From the NCBI GenBank assembly GCA_028023455.1, contig JAQFVV010000005.1, positions 22,072,001-22,136,000 of the forward strand: DNA of 64,000 nt. Reading direction: 5' to 3'. The position numbers and the translations under genes were made by a program. Below are positions 1-13,405 of the stretch, one piece after another (position 1 is the first letter of the stretch; the number at the start of each line of letters is the position of its first letter). The notes beneath the pieces are model-generated. The model searched no databases and had not been told where the DNA came from. It worked only from the letters and a program-made list of their open reading frames with translations. This DNA is from Epiperipatus broadwayi (Eukaryota > Animalia > Onychophora).

Positions 1-1329
1 AATAGAGAGTCCAAGTTTCACTTCCATACAATAAATTTGGTAAAATAACAATAGACTCAGAATGTATCGTCTTTTTTCATTAATTATAAAACTACTTAAT
101 TCAAACGTGTTAGTTTAATGATACCAAAGCCTATTTAACCAATTCGGAGGATCACAGATTTTTATTTCCCAGCTAAGAATAATTAAATACGCATTTTGTG
201 ATCGCAAACCAAATGGATTTGGCTACAAGCATATACTTTGAAAAAGCTTTTTATCTTGTTTGGGTGTCCATCAATTGCCTAAAAGAAATTCAAAAAATTA
301 TACTTTAGATTATGGGCTTATTTAGCTAATGCACTGATCACCAAGATGTAAGATCTTTTTAATATTTAATTATTCATAGTAGGAGGTGAAGTTAGTCAGA
401 TGAGTATTACGCAATTCTATTATTAATGAGAAATATGATGGATTCCAATTGACGTTCGCCCGTGTTTATTTTTCTCTCCTTTTTTTCTTGATGAATATTC
501 AAATTGTTTCTTTAATTATTTGCTTTTTTATTTATAAACAACATTTAATTTAATAATAGTATTATCCCACATTTATTTCACTCATTGAAATTGTTAAAAA
601 TATATTTATGCATGGATATACTAAACTATTTTAATTATTATTCACATACACGCACAAACACGGCAGCGCAAATTTATGGAAGTAATGGATAAATGTTAAA
701 TTCTCTGCCGGAAGGCAGGTTACGACAATTTAGGCAATAATAGTTCACCATAGCCTATTTCATCTTATTAATCTCGTATTAGCTACGTGGTAAATTTTAA
801 TAAATCCCGACTTACAACTTCATTTCAAAAGAATCATCTTTTAAAGTCATTTATGTCCAACTGACATGATATTTAATGCGGACAATAAATCCAAGCAAAC
901 GAATGCAAAACATTTATAAAAAAGAGAAATATCTTTATAACTTACTAATGAGTTAATTAACCCATATAGAAGTTTTATTGCCTGCTGGCAATAAAACTTC
1001 GATAAATTCTGATTCTATTATATTAAACAAATAAAAAGTATTCTTTTGAGTAATGAATTAAGACCATAAAACTAAAAAAGCAAAATCGATTTTAAAAGTT
1101 CTCAAGTTAATTTATCGTTCAAATATCATCCTATTAAAAAGAAAACGCTTCTGTTTTGTCAATAAAATTCGAATCAAATTTTTAATATGTCGTAATGCAG
1201 ACTTCCCCCTCTCTTTATCCTCACTTGCAATATTTTAATATTGTAAAATATATAATATGCTGCGATTATTCATAAATGTATAAGTTGTTACAATGCAGTA
1301 AGATCACAAATTTATTCAATTGTTTGCAT

Positions 1330-1500
1330 AGAGTAAAGAGGTATCATTGAAAGTATCAGGAGACGGAAATGGATCTCGAATAAACATATTACTAGAAGAG
1401 ATAATAATAGACGGACAAATGAAGTCTTAAATAGGATCCCCAAGACATAAGAAGGACCTAGAAGAAGACCATGTATGAGATAGATTGATAAAATAAAAAA
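1330..1500 (+). mobile_element. RTE-type LINE 3'-end relic
   Basis: Resembles the 3' part of the RTE copy at ~63150-63330 (gaagagataataatagacgg...gtcttaaataggatccc vs gaagagatgataatagatg...atcttaaacgggattcc); boundaries approximate. Confidence 0.45.
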
Positions 1501-4050
1501 GTTGTTAGTGTGATTGTGGAGAAGAGAGGCTATGGATTGAAAAAAATTGGATTATATTCGAAGAAACCATCCTGTAGTGGATTATTCATGGTTGAAAATG
1601 TTGTTGACAGCCATGATGGTTTCTGTCTACGGTATCTGATTATAGGCACTATAAATTATAGAAAGCCATCCAAAGAATCTATGAAGGAAGTCATTATCCA
1701 TGTGTTTGCGCTGTTGGGGGAGGGATAGCAGTTTTTCACCTTTAGTTTACTCTCTAGCTAACCACTGACTAATAATTGAATGGCTAATTAAATTAATTAT
1801 GGCCAAAGTATCTCAAAGTAAGTAAAATAAATAAATAATAATAAACCTGCATTTCTAAATAATTGTTTAGCTTGTTTAATTCCATTTACTGATTTGATAG
1901 GATGTTTATCAGAGTTTATAACACAACTCTAAAATTTGAAATGCTAAAATGAATTACATTGAAAGAGCACTTAGTAATAGTAAATTAACATTGATGATGA
2001 TCAAGCATTGTGATTATAAGGTGCTTCATTAATTTATGTTCAGTTAGAACTAATATAAAAGCACAAGGAGTGCCAAAAGCATGAAACCATTGGTCAGGGG
2101 ATGGGGTTGTGGTTTTCAGATAGAGATATTTTAAACGCTTTCTCTTACTAAGCATTTATCTCAAAGCTTGTTGAGCCATTAGCAAAGCTCTTTGTTTATT
2201 TCCTGCAAGCTTAAAAAAGAAGTGGAGTCATGTGATATATGACTATTTTTTATTTTTTTATTGACTATTTACAATATATACAAATTTTGCTTAAATAAAA
2301 ATTTCCAGCTCCAAAAAATTATTTTACACACAAACTTTATGGGTATATATTTGGACTAATAATTAAACAAATTTGCTCTACTTTGAATATAAAAAAATAT
2401 AATAATAGAAATGACAAAAAACATAGACAAAGTGACAACTAAGTCTAGGCATAGAGATCTACTGAGAACTGTAAAGTCATACCTTGATTTTTATGTTTAG
2501 TCATAAATATTTCATAATAATAAACTGTTATAAGTATAATTTTATACTGTTGCATTTTGGGATTTCTTTAACCTTATGGGAAAAAAAGTTATTTATTATC
2601 ATCACTTGTCTTATGCAATTATTAAGTTAATAGTGAGAGAATATGAAAATTAAGTGTTTTTTAAACCTCTCAGTATTACAAGACACAAAACTCAAGTTTG
2701 GTGGTCATGTAGTCAAGCTGATCCAAAGCAGTAAGAGCTCACATGAAGAGCAAAAACTCCAGGAACCTCAAATAGCTGATATATATATTTTCAATATTGC
2801 AAGAGTGAAACAACCACAATTGTGGCTCTGCGTGGTTGCATTCTGAACTTCTTTTGTCTTATGAAAAAATCTTATGATGCCAGCTACTTTTTCTGCATCC
2901 AAAGTGGGTAAGATCTTTTACTAATTGGAACAATTTTATCTGTCTTCTTTTGGATAAAAATGTGGGGGGAAAAATCTGTAAATGAATAGATATTGGATAT
3001 TGAGACTAAGTAATTTAGAATATGATCATTTTCTCCAAAGTACCTAAAATTTTGAAAACTATAATTATTAATAAATTGTCTCATGAGATTAGATGTAATT
3101 CATTAACTGGAGAGAATACAATTATATCTTTATCCTACAATTCATTATTATCATTATTGTTCTATGGTTAACTGATCCAAGACTTCCTGTATAAAAGACA
3201 TACTACAAAAATTATTTAAAAGAATAAAATGCAATTCAAACTGGTATAGAGAAGGGCTGTAACATACCTATAACCCATAATTCATTATTATCATTACTAC
3301 ACCATTGTTCATTTCGCATCTGTGCTTTGCAACAGACCCAATACTATTTTAGAGAGGCAGGAAGATGCTGATAGTTAATAAATTGTCTGATGTGATAAAA
3401 TGCAATCTATATGGGAGGAGGCAGCAGCTTCATCTACATTATATAATGTATTACTGTCATTGTTTTTTTACATCTCATTTCACATTGCATGATGATATAC
3501 CCATACTTTCTTATTGTCAGGGTAAGATTTAATTCATTAACTAAGGAGTTTACATTTGTTTGTTTTCATTAATGTACACAGTTCATTATGCATCGATACC
3601 TGGATCCAACCATTTCCACTATGCAGAGACCAATGACTACTTTTAGCAATATATGAGAAATTCTTGTATTTTTGGGCAATGAATCCTGAAGTAATAGTGG
3701 ATATTGTCTTCTGTTTCAGTCTGAAGTTTAATCTCCGTGAGCTATTAGATATTATATATAATTTAGTGGAGTCAATTTATCTTGCTTGATTAAGCTCACT
3801 GAAGTTGCTTTTCAGTTTTATAAAATTACCTTACTAAAGAGGAAGAGCACTTGTATGAGGGGGAGGGGGTATTCACCTATCATAAAATATATTATTCAAT
3901 ACTTTTATAAGTGATATATAAGTATCCCATTCTGAATTTGTTGAGTGATATTTTTTAGAAATAAATCCGTCATAAACAAATGATCCTATACTGTATTAAA
4001 CTTTCAAAAATGGTAAAATGAATAGTCATTACATTCAACTAGGCCTTAGT

Positions 4051-4154
4051 AGAAAAGCGTTGGTGACCTAGCAGTTAGCATAGCTGCCTTTCAAGCAGCT
4101 GGCTTGGGTTTGCTTTCCGGTCAACGCTTTGACATATAAAAAATAAAAATAAAA
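4051..4154 (+). mobile_element. tRNA-Gly(TCC)-derived short SINE copy
   Basis: Head 4057-4127 (GCGTTGGTGACCTAGCAGTTAGCATAGCTGCCTTTCAAGCAGCTGG...CGGTCAACGC) follows the metazoan tRNA-Gly(TCC) sequence, then TTTGACATAT and an A-rich tail. Flanked by a 14-bp TSD AACTAGGCCTTAGT (4037-4050, 4155-4168). Confidence 0.85.
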
Positions 4155-6677
4155 AACTAGGCCTTAGTCAGACTAATTATTGTTTTCACATGGATTTATG
4201 GGGAAATTAAGATTTTCTCTAATCCAAGGTTAGCTGAATATAAAAAAAGAATACAATGTTTATATTGTATATTTCAGAATTGTCTGTTGCAATCTTTAAT
4301 AGTAAATAAACACTAAATAGTTCCTGTTACATTCTGTATCTCCAATTAGTTTCTGGCTTAGAGCTGTTATCAATCATGAGCTTGGATCTAATCCATGTAG
4401 GAACTAGCAATCATTTTTAATTCTTTCATATTACATAGCTGAAATTAAGAACACCCAAGAGTTTTAATTCCAGGCTACACAAAGTATCCCAATGAAAAGG
4501 GGTCTGGTTTTCTCTATAAGTTGCCTGAATTGGCATTTTTAAAACAACATGTTACAAAGCAATATATTCTAACTATTCACCTTAAATATTTTAAAGTGCT
4601 ATTATGACTGAATTACAAGTTATAATATAAAATAAAGTAATATGGTTCACCCTTCATAGATCATATTTAATGCTCTCTCTACTATTAAGAAATATTGCAA
4701 ATATACTTGAAAAGTTTCATGTTTTGTAATTTGTATTTTAGAGCGATTTCAGAGATTTCTTCATGTTGCCTTAGGCATTTTAATTTTATAGCAATTTCAG
4801 TGATTTCTTCGCTAAAAATTTATCACTTGTATGGTTCTTGATGGGTACTGCAGCATCACTTAGCGGCATGGTCTGGCTAACCGACAAGTACCATTTAAAA
4901 TAAAATTTATTGTTAATGTATTGTTTAACATGAGTTAAGATATAGACCACATTATTACATTTTATATCAGAATGGATGATCCAGACACCTGTGCACTAAA
5001 ATTTTTGTGGTGAATAGTTAAACCATGTTGCTCCATATCACATGTGTTGATTCACAGTTACATAAACAGCTTAGAGAGAAAGAGAACTGATCATTTTTTC
5101 ATTAGAATACACTGTGTATAGTTATGTAGATCTGATATTAAGACAGTAATTATAATTTTACTCACTTCAGCTTTACACAACAACATATAACTGTGAAAGA
5201 AAATTTGACTTGGGTTCAAAAGTTTTTTAGTGTCTTTAAATTTCAAGCTATTGGCTGGTATAAACAAATTAAAGATGGTGACTAGCTGTATAAGTGCAGT
5301 GACTTTCAATAGTCGATTCTGGAGTATAGGAAAGAAAATTGTGGAAGTCTCTGTTAGATGTAGAGAGAGAAAAATCATGATATTTTTTGTTGGTATAGGA
5401 AAAAGAATGCTGATATCTATTGTCATAGTTTTTTTCCAAACTGAGAGACTTTTCCAAAGTAGTTGATTAGTTATATATTGACTGACTCTTGACATGATTT
5501 TAAATTATGAAAGAATATTTTTGAAATGAGTAATGGACTTTATAACTATAGATATTTAATGGAAAACAAAATATAAAAAAAATACAATCAGACGGTAAAT
5601 ATGGGTTTTTATGAAATTAGAAGATTTTTAATAATTTTTTAATGGGCATTTAGATTTGACATTATAATAGTAACTATTTATACTTTAGCAATGAAAGATT
5701 CTTGAAAGATGCTTGTTGGTAAATTTAATCTTTTGATCCCCCCCCTCTAGTATTACATCTTTATAATTAGACAATTAGATTGGCTTGGGTTCAAAATTAT
5801 AGAGCCTTTGAATATTTTAAGTAATTTAACTTGAATAGATATTTGCAATATAATAAAGCTTCACTGTTGAAGCCAATAATCAGAAACTAATCTGAGGATT
5901 GGATTGACAGTGTCATCTAGTATTCATTGGTTACTCTAGTTTACAAAAATGCTTTTAAAGCCGAATATTTATTTAATCTTACTTACACATATAGTTTTAT
6001 AATAATGATGTAGGTGAATCGCTATTGTCATTATATATGTATATGTTTTAAGTCAACACATGTATGAGTATTTTATGCATATATGCATGCAATAAAAATG
6101 TATGATTTTTAAAATTCTTTCAAGTCGTTTTTTTCTAGCTTCAGTCATTACCAGAGTTATACTTAAGTAGATTCATTAATAAAATCAACGGTGGTAAAAA
6201 TAACTTGGAAGCCCCCCCCCCCCCAAGAAAAAAAGATTGTTTCTAACTATGTATGCAATTCAGATAAAATATTATAAAAATTTGAAGTAAGTATTAAGAT
6301 GATGAATTAAAAATGTATTAAGAGATTAAAAATAATGTCAAATTACGACTGATGATAATAATAATGATTGAGTGTCATCATTTGGTAACAGTATTTTAAT
6401 TAAACAGTCGTAGAACTTAACTTATATGCAAAATAAAGAAGGTTTCATTTTGATTATATATTTACATATTACACCATCACAGCTTTCATGCTTAAATAAA
6501 TCAATAGAAAAGATAACACTACAGGTAAGTCATGGAAATCCTGATATTCATTTATTGCCTTATTATAGTGTTGCCATGACAACATTGCTGATAATCTTTT
6601 GGTTTGTTTAAGCATGAGTTCTGTGGTCATGTAATTTACATATAATGACCACTTAACTATTAGCAATTATGGATTAC

Positions 6678-7850
6678 ATCACCATTTTCAATCATCATCA
6701 ATCCACTTCAGGATGAAGGTTCTCCAAGTGTATTCCAATTTCTTTGATCCTTAGTTGTTTTTTCCACCACACACCAGAAAACTTCCTTATTTCATCCATT
6801 CATCTCACAGTTGGTCTTTTCTTTTGGATTTTAACAAACCAAAAGAAGAAGCAGTGATTTTAGCACAATGGATCATATCTAAATATTGAAAGAGATCTAG
6901 AAAGGAACAATGAATATGAATTGTCATTAAGCTTTGGAATTGTAGATGAAAAAGCATTTGATTTTATCAACATTTCTATAATGATAAAAACATTGGATCA
7001 TCAAAATATAGTCCTAGGATCTTGTCATATACTAAAAATATTTATCAAAATGCAACAGCAATGATTAGATTGGATGGTGATACTAAGAAGATTAATATTG
7101 TGAAAGATTTAAGGCAGAGTAATTTCATATCTCCAAAACTTTTGCATCAGTTTTACAAAAATTATTTTATGGATTAAAGTGGGAGGCTAAACAAGTAAAA
7201 ATAAGGGTTATTTAAATCATCTAAATTTTGGAAATAATGTGGGGTTGTTTTCACAAATAATGCTTTAGAACTTTAAAAAAAATGTTGCAAGAATTGTCAG
7301 ATTAAAAGAAGAAATGAATTAGATTTAAATACAAAAAAAGACCAAAGAAATGTTCAATAGATTTTCTAAGAAGAAGAAGAAACTAAAGATTGATAATTAT
7401 AAATCGGAAGAAGTTAATAAAATGCTTTGACCAGATTATTAATTCTCATGGAAACATAAATGGATGAAATTAATTATAGAAGTTGGAAGAAATGCTTTTG
7501 ACATGAAATAATATTTTAAAAAATGTTCCTATTTGAAAAGGAAAGTTTTTAATAAATGTTTTGCCATCATACTTATGGATTTGAAAGTTGATACTTAATA
7601 GGAAAATAATTCAAACACTACATACAGCTCTATGCAGTATGGAGAGATATATGTTAGAAGTACTGATAAGATATCGAAAATGAAATATTTGGATGAGAAA
7701 GCAAACAGGTATTACTGACATAGAAAGAATTAAGAAACTGGAATGGAATTGGGTTGAATGTATTGGACAAAAGAGATGATAATTAGATGGATTGTTGAAG
7801 TTTTAAACTGAATGCCAAGAGATTGCAAAAAACCTAGAAAGAGACACACA
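6678..7850. mobile_element. RTE-type LINE relic with internal inversion (3' end on - at 6678-6835; RT region on + at ~6836-7850)
   Basis: The plus part reads as decayed RTE RT (…EKAFD…, …GVRQ…ISPKLF…, YGxETW-like region) and is collinear with the 62370-63395 copy. The minus part matches that copy's 3' terminus. Confidence 0.7.
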
Positions 7851-9734
7851 TATATACACCCCCCAAAAACTCTAATGATCTCATCATGGATTTAGATTCA
7901 GTTACTAAACCAGTTTAGCCAACCATCATCTATTATTGTTGTCTAAATGGGCAACTAATTTTTTTTTAGATAGAGAGTAAAACAAGAATAGAAACCTTCA
8001 TCAATTATCTATTGAAAACTGACGAATCATGTCTTTTTTTCACTCTTTTTTAAGAGGTGCTATTGGAAAATATTTTGGGCTGCAGTGATCTAAAAGAGTT
8101 TCATATACTTAATTTATAAATATGTATGCACAAATGATTAGCTAAAATAACAGAGCACCTATTTTTTATTAATATAGTTATAAGACCACTATTTGCATAA
8201 AGAATCCTTTAAATCCTATATGCTATAGAACTATATAGTATTTGAAAACATTATCTAAAGATACTGATCTATCCTTATAGAGAAAAGCTTCTACTCTCTG
8301 ATAATATTATAATATTTCTATTAAATAATTGTAAAGAGAGATAGATATACAATGTTAGACTTATCTTCTTCATCTCAATAATTGTCTTATGGATTGTAGG
8401 AATCAAAGCATTATCATAATGGAATATATTAGTGATGTCTGAACCCAATGTCCATACATTGTTTTTTTTTAAGAGAGATAAAACCATTTATATTATTTAT
8501 ATTTTTATTTTGTTTTCATATAATACCGAAATGTAAGTGGATGAAATCTCTTAAAACAAGAGTGATTTCATCTGGATTCTGATTACACTAACTAAACTGA
8601 ATCAAGCTTTATTATATCATAGAGACATAGTTAGTGTACTATTGATTTCTTTGTCATGTATAATTGTCAGCACCATCATTGCATGATATTCTATCTTGAT
8701 CTATATTTGTGGGTTTTCTTTTACCAAAAATGTAGTTTATTATTGCATACAATGGTCATTATCTTATGGCATCGCATACCATTAATAGCAATCACTATTA
8801 CTATTTTTGTGAACTATATGAATATTCTTGCTGACCATGGCTAACCAAGAATGATGGGCATTTTAAAGTTGAAACTACTGGTAATATAAGTGGTTCTTTA
8901 TTTACTACTGTGCTTTCTTAGTTCACACAATCTAATGCATGGGATCTGAATAGTTCATTTTAATTAGGTAAGCTTGGCTCCTAAAAAGATTCAAATTGAA
9001 TATCCAACTACTGCAATTGGATTGGTACTATGACCAGTTGTTTATTTACCAAACCAGCAGTGCACAAAGTGTAGGTTGCAACACCTCAGGGGGCACATAA
9101 AAATTGTTGGACGTTGCACAACTTTTAAGAAATTCTCATAAGTTTTAAATAATTATAAGTTGTTTTTTTATTTTTTGAAAGAATTTAATTTTTTAAAATG
9201 GATAAAAATCACCTAAAAATATTTTTTTTTAAAAAAAAAAATTCATTTCAAATGGTATGTGCTTAATACTAAAATATTAGGAAATATAAATTTGTATATT
9301 AATTAAAACTACTATCGTTTTATTATGAATATCTTTACATACTCATACTTATAATTTAGGCATGGTAAAAGCAAAGAATGGGTCATGCCAAATTTTCATC
9401 GGAGGAATGCAACACTCCAATTAATAGTTACTGCATTTCCTTAATCCATGAATTCAAATATATATAGTAAGAATAATATCTTTTATTCAGGTAAACTGGG
9501 CAAGTTCACTTACTGACTTAGAATAGTCAGATTGTTTGCTATAACCATGGAATGAGTCTGCTCTCCCAAAATGTTTAAATAGTTTATAGCCACAATTAAC
9601 CATGATGCTCAAATCATAATGGTTTCAGCAACCTGTTGCACAAATCAAAACTGTCTATCTGTTAAGCTTTTTTCCAGTAATCATCAGGTGATCTGTCATA
9701 ATCATGTGAGCTGCTTTGAATTATTCATATTACA

Positions 9735-10251
9735 TGTATTTAGATGCTGGACTATTTCCATCATCTAATATGTGTATTGAATGTCTTTAGAAAAAAATTA
9801 ACTATTCAAATATTCCAAATACATTCAACTGTTAATAATAGCACACAAGTTAGTATATGCACAAGGTTTTGAGAGGTATTATTCTCCCCTCTTCTTCAGG
9901 TGTTACTAGCCTGATCAGTGACAGTACTAGCATGGGAATCGAACCTGGACACTTAGGTTTTTTGAATATTGAATTTTGAGGTAACACTCTAGCCAACTGA
10001 GCCAGCCTGACAAAGGCAACAGTCAGTAGAAATTTCGTATACTTACCTATGAGGTTCCTCCTGATTTCTTCACCTTTTTCTAAGAGCAAAAGTTGATTAG
10101 TGGTTTCCATACTAACAGTTGAATGTATTTGGAATATTTAAATAAAGTTAAATTTTTCTAAAGACATTCAATATTCATATTAGGTAATGAACATAGTCCA
10201 ACATATAAATACACCTAAAACACCATCAGCACAAACCTTCAGGAAAACATC
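9735..10251 (-). mobile_element. Non-autonomous fold-back derivative of the PLE-1 pseudo-LTR
   Basis: 9735-10110 aligns to the PLE-1 pLTR (hammerhead region 9860-9902, tRNA-like module, GIY-YIG tail). 10111-10251 is an inverted copy of the pLTR end (…ACAAACCTTCAGGAAAAC). 9-bp TSD CATATTACA (9726-9734, 10252-10260). Confidence 0.85.
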
Positions 10252-10830
10252 CATATTACAGTTCTTATATTTGTGATAACACTACTTCTGCATCATAGCC
10301 TTTACTCTATAGTCAGGTGACCATAAATATTCTGCTCATGAGTTGTTGGTGATTTGTTTAGATATAGTTGTGTCTCCTGAACCAACCTTTATCGGTTTCC
10401 TTGCTATTGATTTTGGACCACAGTTGAATTTTAAAATATTAAACAAATCGGAAGATTTAAATACAGAGGTTCCAGTTAATTTGGCATTAAAAATTGGATT
10501 CTGTTTAAACTCAGATAGATCTGACTTTTTTTTTTCAGAAGCTGTAGCTGACACCACTTTCCTATGAATACTCCATATCATATCTGTATGCATTTTCATT
10601 TCTGTACTAACATGAAAGATATTTCTATTATTTTACTTACAATTACTATATTTATTTGTAATTTATTTTAACTTAAATTCTATTTATACAATCTTTAAGT
10701 AAAAAAAAATTACCAGTTTATCCTTCCATTACAACGCCTATTTAACCTTTCATCACCTGCAAATCCTACAAAGCTTAATATAAAAATAAAATCATTTTCT
10801 TTAATTTGAGCACAAAAATTAAAATAATCA

Positions 10831-11193
10831 AGTCAAGCGTTGTTAGCCGAGAGGTCATCGCAGCCGCCTTGCAAGCAAGTAGTTGGTTGCTTGCAAGCAA
10901 GTAGTTGGTTGCAGACGGTTGTGGGTTCGCGTCACGGCCGATGCTATGACATAGGGGGAAAAAATTTTAAATAATCTTATTTTTTAATTCAGTTTAGTAA
11001 CTTTTTTTTCCCAAGTAGTTGGTTGCAGACGGTTGTGGGTTCGCGTCCCGGCCGATGCTATGACATAGGAAAAAAAAAAATTTTTAAATAATATTATTTT
11101 TTAATTCAGTTTAGTAACTTTTTTTTTTCCATATATCAAATGCGCGGGAAGCGAATCCGAGCCAACTAACCGCTAGGCCACCAACGCTTGACT
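10831..11193. mobile_element. Compound tRNA-derived SINE structure (tail-to-tail copies with internal duplication)
   Basis: Plus-strand tRNA-like head from 10837 with B-box-like GGGTTCGCGTC. Its 3' half plus tail is duplicated (~10897-11010 vs ~11013-11128). An internally deleted tRNA-Gly SINE lies on - (~11121-11187). Outer 12-bp inverted repeat AGTCAAGCGTTG / CAACGCTTGACT. Confidence 0.65.
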
Positions 11194-13366
11194 AGTAACT
11201 TTGCCCAAATATTATACAACATTGCATATTTATAATGATATACTATATATAATTAAAGCGTTCTATATCATGTGTGTGTTAATAATTCTAGCAAATTTAG
11301 GATTTAAATCATTTGATTAAAATTTTATTTATTATTGTTTCTGTAACGAAATAATCTCCTCTTTGTTCTTTTATCTGATTCCCTCTCCATTTTCATTTAT
11401 CTTAATAGCTATCTTCAGAATCTTAAGTTAGCATAGATTGGATCATCATGAACTTCTTGTGTTATTGGTCACTAATTGCAACAATATAATTGGGTGGATG
11501 TGTAATTATATTTCCATTCTTTAATTATATTCACAACGCCTCTTATTTAAACCGTTTCTTTTTGTCCATATATTTTTGTTTTTTTATTATCTGGAATTGG
11601 AATAGCCAAACTCATTTACGAATGACTGATAATGTTATTTATTTACACATTATAGGGTCTACTATTAATCCAAACTCCACTAATTTAAAAAACTTCTATT
11701 ATCCAAACAAAATTGCAAAATATTGTTTTGATGTATTATTTAATTACTGTTACATAAAAAATTTGAGCTAATATAAATATACGCGTATTCTATACAAAAT
11801 TGCAATGAATAAACATTATTCAAATTTTCAGTAGAGTTTGAGTTTATAATGATCGCTGAAAATTGAAAAAAATCGAAATTCGAAACAAATCACAAATTCA
11901 AACAAAGTTATGAAACTAGGGGCTTCGGATTATAGTCGTCTACCAATATAACACTAATAAATTAGCATTGATCATTTATAAGTTTGTTAAAAGGTTGTAT
12001 TGGGTCTGGTTTGTGAATTAGTATGATTTGCGCGTGTGAAGTTAATTTCTCCATGAATTGATGTATGTATAGTTTTTTGTATTCATGACTGACTTTTTGC
12101 AACTTTTTTGTTGTAATAGATTTTTTTTATTTGTATTTTCTAGCCTCTAAGCTGCCGATTTCAATTTTCTCAATAACATGTTTAGTGATAACCGTTGCAG
12201 TAAGTATCTTTTAATTTTTAGAATGCTCGCACACACACCTTTTCAAAAATTCTTGAATTAGTTTCTCAAATACTTAAAACATGTTATAAATGTATATATG
12301 TAAGCATATGTGTGCGTGTGCTCCGAAAAATAATTTTGTATTATTGTAGCCAAAACATTAAAAGCAATATAAAATATAGACAGTATAATGAACAATATTC
12401 ACTTATATAATTTTGCATTAATCACTATGACAAATCAAAGTGCACGCTCTCACAACAAATGGGCTAAATCATTTGAAAAGTATAACATTATCAAATGTTA
12501 CCGAATTAATAAAAAGAGTCAAATCAACTCTAGGGATACTCAACGTGAACAGTTTGAAGGGTTTTTTTTTTAAAGTATAGACATGTCAATTATAATCTCA
12601 ACGTGCTGAATGCAGAAGCAAATTATGATGCTTCTTGATATTTTATACCAAAATCTTAGAAAATTTTTAATAAATTCCCAAAATTGAAAAAAATAAAAGT
12701 TGTTTGCATTTTGTGTATGTATTCATATATAGTTAAAGAATAAGTCTGTCTTCAGATAATATTAATAAAATATGCATGATTTATAAAAAATTTCAAAACA
12801 TTTATAAACACGATAAAGACGCGAATCATTGAGCATCATTTTTGTCTAAGTTTTATGGTGAAAAGAAGGAATATGACAAAATATTTATATATTAAAACCG
12901 ATGAAATTTTTTTTATTAAAATGGAAGAAACAAATGCATCAGTGTTAACAATGATTTAGTAAAAGTAATTGGCGGACTTATATAAAATAATATATGAATA
13001 AATGTTTAATTTGGCTGGAAGAGTTTTTTCATTCAAAAACTCTGCTTTTGTCTAAGAGAAACCATTTTTCATCTAATCTAGTCTCATTCATCATTAGTAG
13101 CTATTAGGAAACGAGTATAACTATTATAATTCTAAGGGGGAAAAGATATCAATCCTTCAACTAGAAGTACATCCTTTATTATTTTGACATCTTAGAGTGT
13201 TTTCATTTCTTCGGCAGCAAATTTTCTTTACTGAAAGACTTGATTACTTTTTCTAATTGCAGCTAATCTAATCTAATAGCACATATATTTACATTAATTC
13301 ACTTTAGCATATAAAAGCGATTTACCCGCTGACGAAGAAGCTGCAAAAACCAAAAACAATTAAATG

Positions 13367-13405
13367 GGCCGAGCGCTTTCGAGGTTTTCCCTCAGATGCA
13401 TGGCC
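13367..13405 (-). ncRNA. Orphan hammerhead-like motif with non-canonical core
   Basis: Minus strand GGCC-ATGCATCT-GAGG(GAAAA)CCTC-GAAA-GCGC-TC-GGCC has stem I, stem II with G-C closing pair, GAAA, palindromic AGCGCT helix III and a UC cleavage context. Clearly homologous to the PLE-2 motif. Confidence 0.55.

Noticed and set aside
5091-5495. 134-aa ORF and overlapping short ORFs
   Set aside because: No recognisable motif or splice context; probably decayed TE sequence, but I cannot assign a family.
13325-13385. Plus-strand CTGACGA as a hammerhead core
   Set aside because: No GAAA after the potential stem II; the structured motif is on the minus strand.
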